In this document: positions 29,123 to 30,900 of the stretch, piece by piece
Layout of the letters: the number at the start of each line of letters is the position of its first letter
How positions within the stretch are numbered: position 1 is the first letter of the stretch
From: Thermoanaerobaculia bacterium
GTDB taxonomy: Bacteria; Acidobacteriota; Thermoanaerobaculia; Multivoradales; UBA5704
NCBI GenBank assembly: GCA_044226625.1
Contig: JBGAGQ010000072.1
Span: forward strand, 1-30,900
Length of the DNA: 30,900 bases
Reading direction: 5' to 3'
Translations under genes and position numbers: made by a program
Notes under the pieces: generated by a model
Told to the model about the DNA's origin: nothing
Seen by the model: the letters and a program-made list of their open reading frames with translations, nothing else
The model's database searches: none

Positions 29123-30234
29123 GCCTCGACCCCCGGCGAGATCGCCCACCGTCCGAGCTCGCGTCCCTCGTCGTCGCTGGCGAGCGCGCTCCAGGGCGCC
29201 GCGGGAAGCCGCTCCGTCACCTCCGCCGGAAGGCACCAACGTCCGCTCGGCGTTTCGATCCGTTCGGCGGCGGCGGGAAATCCCTGATAGGTGGGCGAAA
29301 CCTCGATCCAGATCGCTCCGCCGTCCTTCCGCCGGGCGCAGAGATCGTCCAGGTCGATTCCTTCCGCGGACAATGTAGGGAGCGGTTCGGGCTCGGCGGA
29401 GCGAGGGGTCTGAGATGCAAGCAGGCGGGAAAACGAAATGCCGTACCACCGGTGGCGAAAGCGCTCGGCGGACTCCTCGAACCAGAGTTGGGCCGCGGGC
29501 TCCCGCAACGCGCTCTGCGCGTAGAGATGAACCGCGCGGGCGCTCGGGACCAAGCGCGACGCGAGACCGCGCTCGGTCAGTCGCATCAGCCAGTCGGTCT
29601 CCTCGAAGTAGAGCCGATAGCCCTCGTCGAACGGCCCGACCGTCTCCCATGCTTCGCGTCGAAAAGCGAGCAGTCCCCCCGACAGCCAGGGGGTCGATAT
29701 CGGTTCCTTGGCGAGCCAATGCTCCCGCGCGTGCTCGCGCCAGTGACGGCGGGCGCGCGCCGCTCGGGCGGCGCCGCCTCGAGCCGCCGCGGCGCGCAGC
29801 TCGTCGCGACGGGTGCGACGCTCGGTCGGCGGAAGGCGTAGCAGCTCCCCGCGGTCCCAGAAGAACGCGGGACCGGCGACCGCCGCCCCTCGGTCGAGCT
29901 CGGAGAGGAGACCTGCCAAGCATCCGGGCCGGACGAGCACGTCGGGATTCAGGATGGCGAGCGCGTCGATCGGATCGTGGGGTGAGGCGCTTTCCAGGCA
30001 GGCCGCCACGCCCCGATTGACCCCGCCAGCGAATCCAAGATTTTCCCCCGGCTCGAGCACCTCGACGCCCACTCCTCCCAGCTCGTGGAGGAGCCGGCGC
30101 CCCGCCTCGTCGCTGCCGTTGTCGACCAGCACGATCCGGGCTTGCGACCCGGGCGAATCGGCCCGCAGAGCGGCGACGCACTCCGCCGCGAGCTCCGGCG
30201 TCCGGTAATGGACGATGACGATTCCGAGGCGCAT
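29119..30234 (-). CDS. Glycosyltransferase family 2 (rhamnosyltransferase-like) with C-terminal extension
   Basis: 'IVIVHYRT', 'LVDNGSD', 'ENLGFAGGVN', 'LNPD', 'GPFDEGYRLYFEETDW'. Confidence 0.92.
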   Translation of the reverse strand: MRLGIVIVHYRTPELAAECVAALRADSPGSQARIVLVDNGSDEAGRRLLHELGGVGVEVLEPGENLGFAGGVNRGVAACLESASPHDPIDALAILNPDVLVRPGCLAGLLSELDRGAAVAGPAFFWDRGELLRLPPTERRTRRDELRAAAARGGAARAARARRHWREHAREHWLAKEPISTPWLSGGLLAFRREAWETVGPFDEGYRLYFEETDWLMRLTERGLASRLVPSARAVHLYAQSALREPAAQLWFEESAERFRHRWYGISFSRLLASQTPRSAEPEPLPTLSAEGIDLDDLCARRKDGGAIWIEVSPTYQGFPAAAERIETPSGRWCLPAEVTERLPAAPWSALASDDEGRELGRWAISPGVEA

Positions 30235-30288
30235 CGGCTCAGGGGCAGCCGCTCGGGCGCGAGGAGGCGATGCCGAACGCGACCGGCT

Positions 30289-30900
30289 TCACGCCCGGCG
30301 CGCGAACGTGCATTTGCGGCAAATGAAGTTCGCCGGTGCCTCTTCGAGGCCGTAGATCATCCGCCGCATCTTCGCGAGCTCGGGACCGGTCAGGACCTCG
30401 AGCACTGAGCTTTCCGCGAGGTCGCCCACGATGTGGAACTCGTCGTAGTCCTCGCAGCAGAGGACCGCCTTGCCGCGCGGAGTGATGTGGAGGTGCTCGA
30501 TCGGGCGCGAGCCGAGGTTGTCGCAACCGCGCAGCCGCTTGCCGTCGCGCGGCACGCCGAGGCCGATCTGCAGGTAGCCCGCGCGGTCCATCACCTCGAA
30601 CGACTTGACCTCGAACCGGGTGCCGGCGAAACGCGCCGAAATCTCCGCGAAATCGCGCCGGTGCTTCTCGTCGCCGGTGCCGAGGACGATCACGTCCATC
30701 TTCTCCGCGACCGGGCGGTCTTGGGCGTACTCGAGGTTCTTGAGCACGCCCGGCAAGTGATCGCCGCCCCGCTCCTTCGCGTAGCGCTCGCGGTCGAGGG
30801 TCGACAGGTTGATCGACAGGAATCGGAGCCCGCCCATCTCGACCAACGCGTCGATCCGATCGCGCGTGAGGCCGGATCCGTTCGTGAGCACGGCCGGCGG
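30289..30900 (-). CDS. Radical SAM protein with SPASM/twitch domain, 5'-truncated by the window edge
   Basis: 'VLTNGSGL', 'LSINL', SPASM-like 'GC...LHITPRGKAVLCCEDY...VGDL...ICRKC'; the CxxxCxxC motif would lie outside the window. Confidence 0.8.
   Translation of the reverse strand, partial: PPAVLTNGSGLTRDRIDALVEMGGLRFLSINLSTLDRERYAKERGGDHLPGVLKNLEYAQDRPVAEKMDVIVLGTGDEKHRRDFAEISARFAGTRFEVKSFEVMDRAGYLQIGLGVPRDGKRLRGCDNLGSRPIEHLHITPRGKAVLCCEDYDEFHIVGDLAESSVLEVLTGPELAKMRRMIYGLEEAPANFICRKCTFARRA

Overview
High-GC bacterial chromosomal window with about 29 protein-coding genes. Gene content and style suggest Acidobacteriota (possibly Thermoanaerobaculia), which is an inference. From left to right: aroF-carA-lolC/E (minus strand); a secreted hypothetical protein, bcp, an EamA transporter and a Leu/Val dehydrogenase; an Rpn-family (PD-(D/E)XK) gene; a small membrane protein plus alpha/beta hydrolase; a glycan locus (GT2, a 21/42-bp tandem repeat, Wzx flippase, GT4, CE4 deacetylase, O-acetyltransferase, Asp-box secreted protein); kbp (BON-LysM); a degenerate rubrerythrin-like gene; a HAMP-PP2C phosphatase; D-amino acid oxidase; a Ser/Thr kinase-TPR; an Omp85-like/DUF4390-like/NtrY-like/NtrX-like operon; and radical SAM-SPASM/GT2/GT4 cut by the window edge. 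Three things stand out. (1) The Rpn gene looks like a gene-within-a-gene toxin/antitoxin: it has an internal GGAGG-N8-ATG, a hairpin over the ribosome-binding site of the long form, and a 36-bp repeat in the short form. (2) The intergenic region upstream of the Omp85-like/two-component operon has the parts of a sigma-54 promoter (-24/-12 element, IHF-like AT tract, twin palindromes), suggesting an autoregulated envelope signalling module. (3) A xxxLxxG heptad-repeat array sits in the leader of the flippase operon. No rRNA, tRNA, CRISPR array or IS element was recognised. All family assignments are from motif recognition by eye, not database searches.
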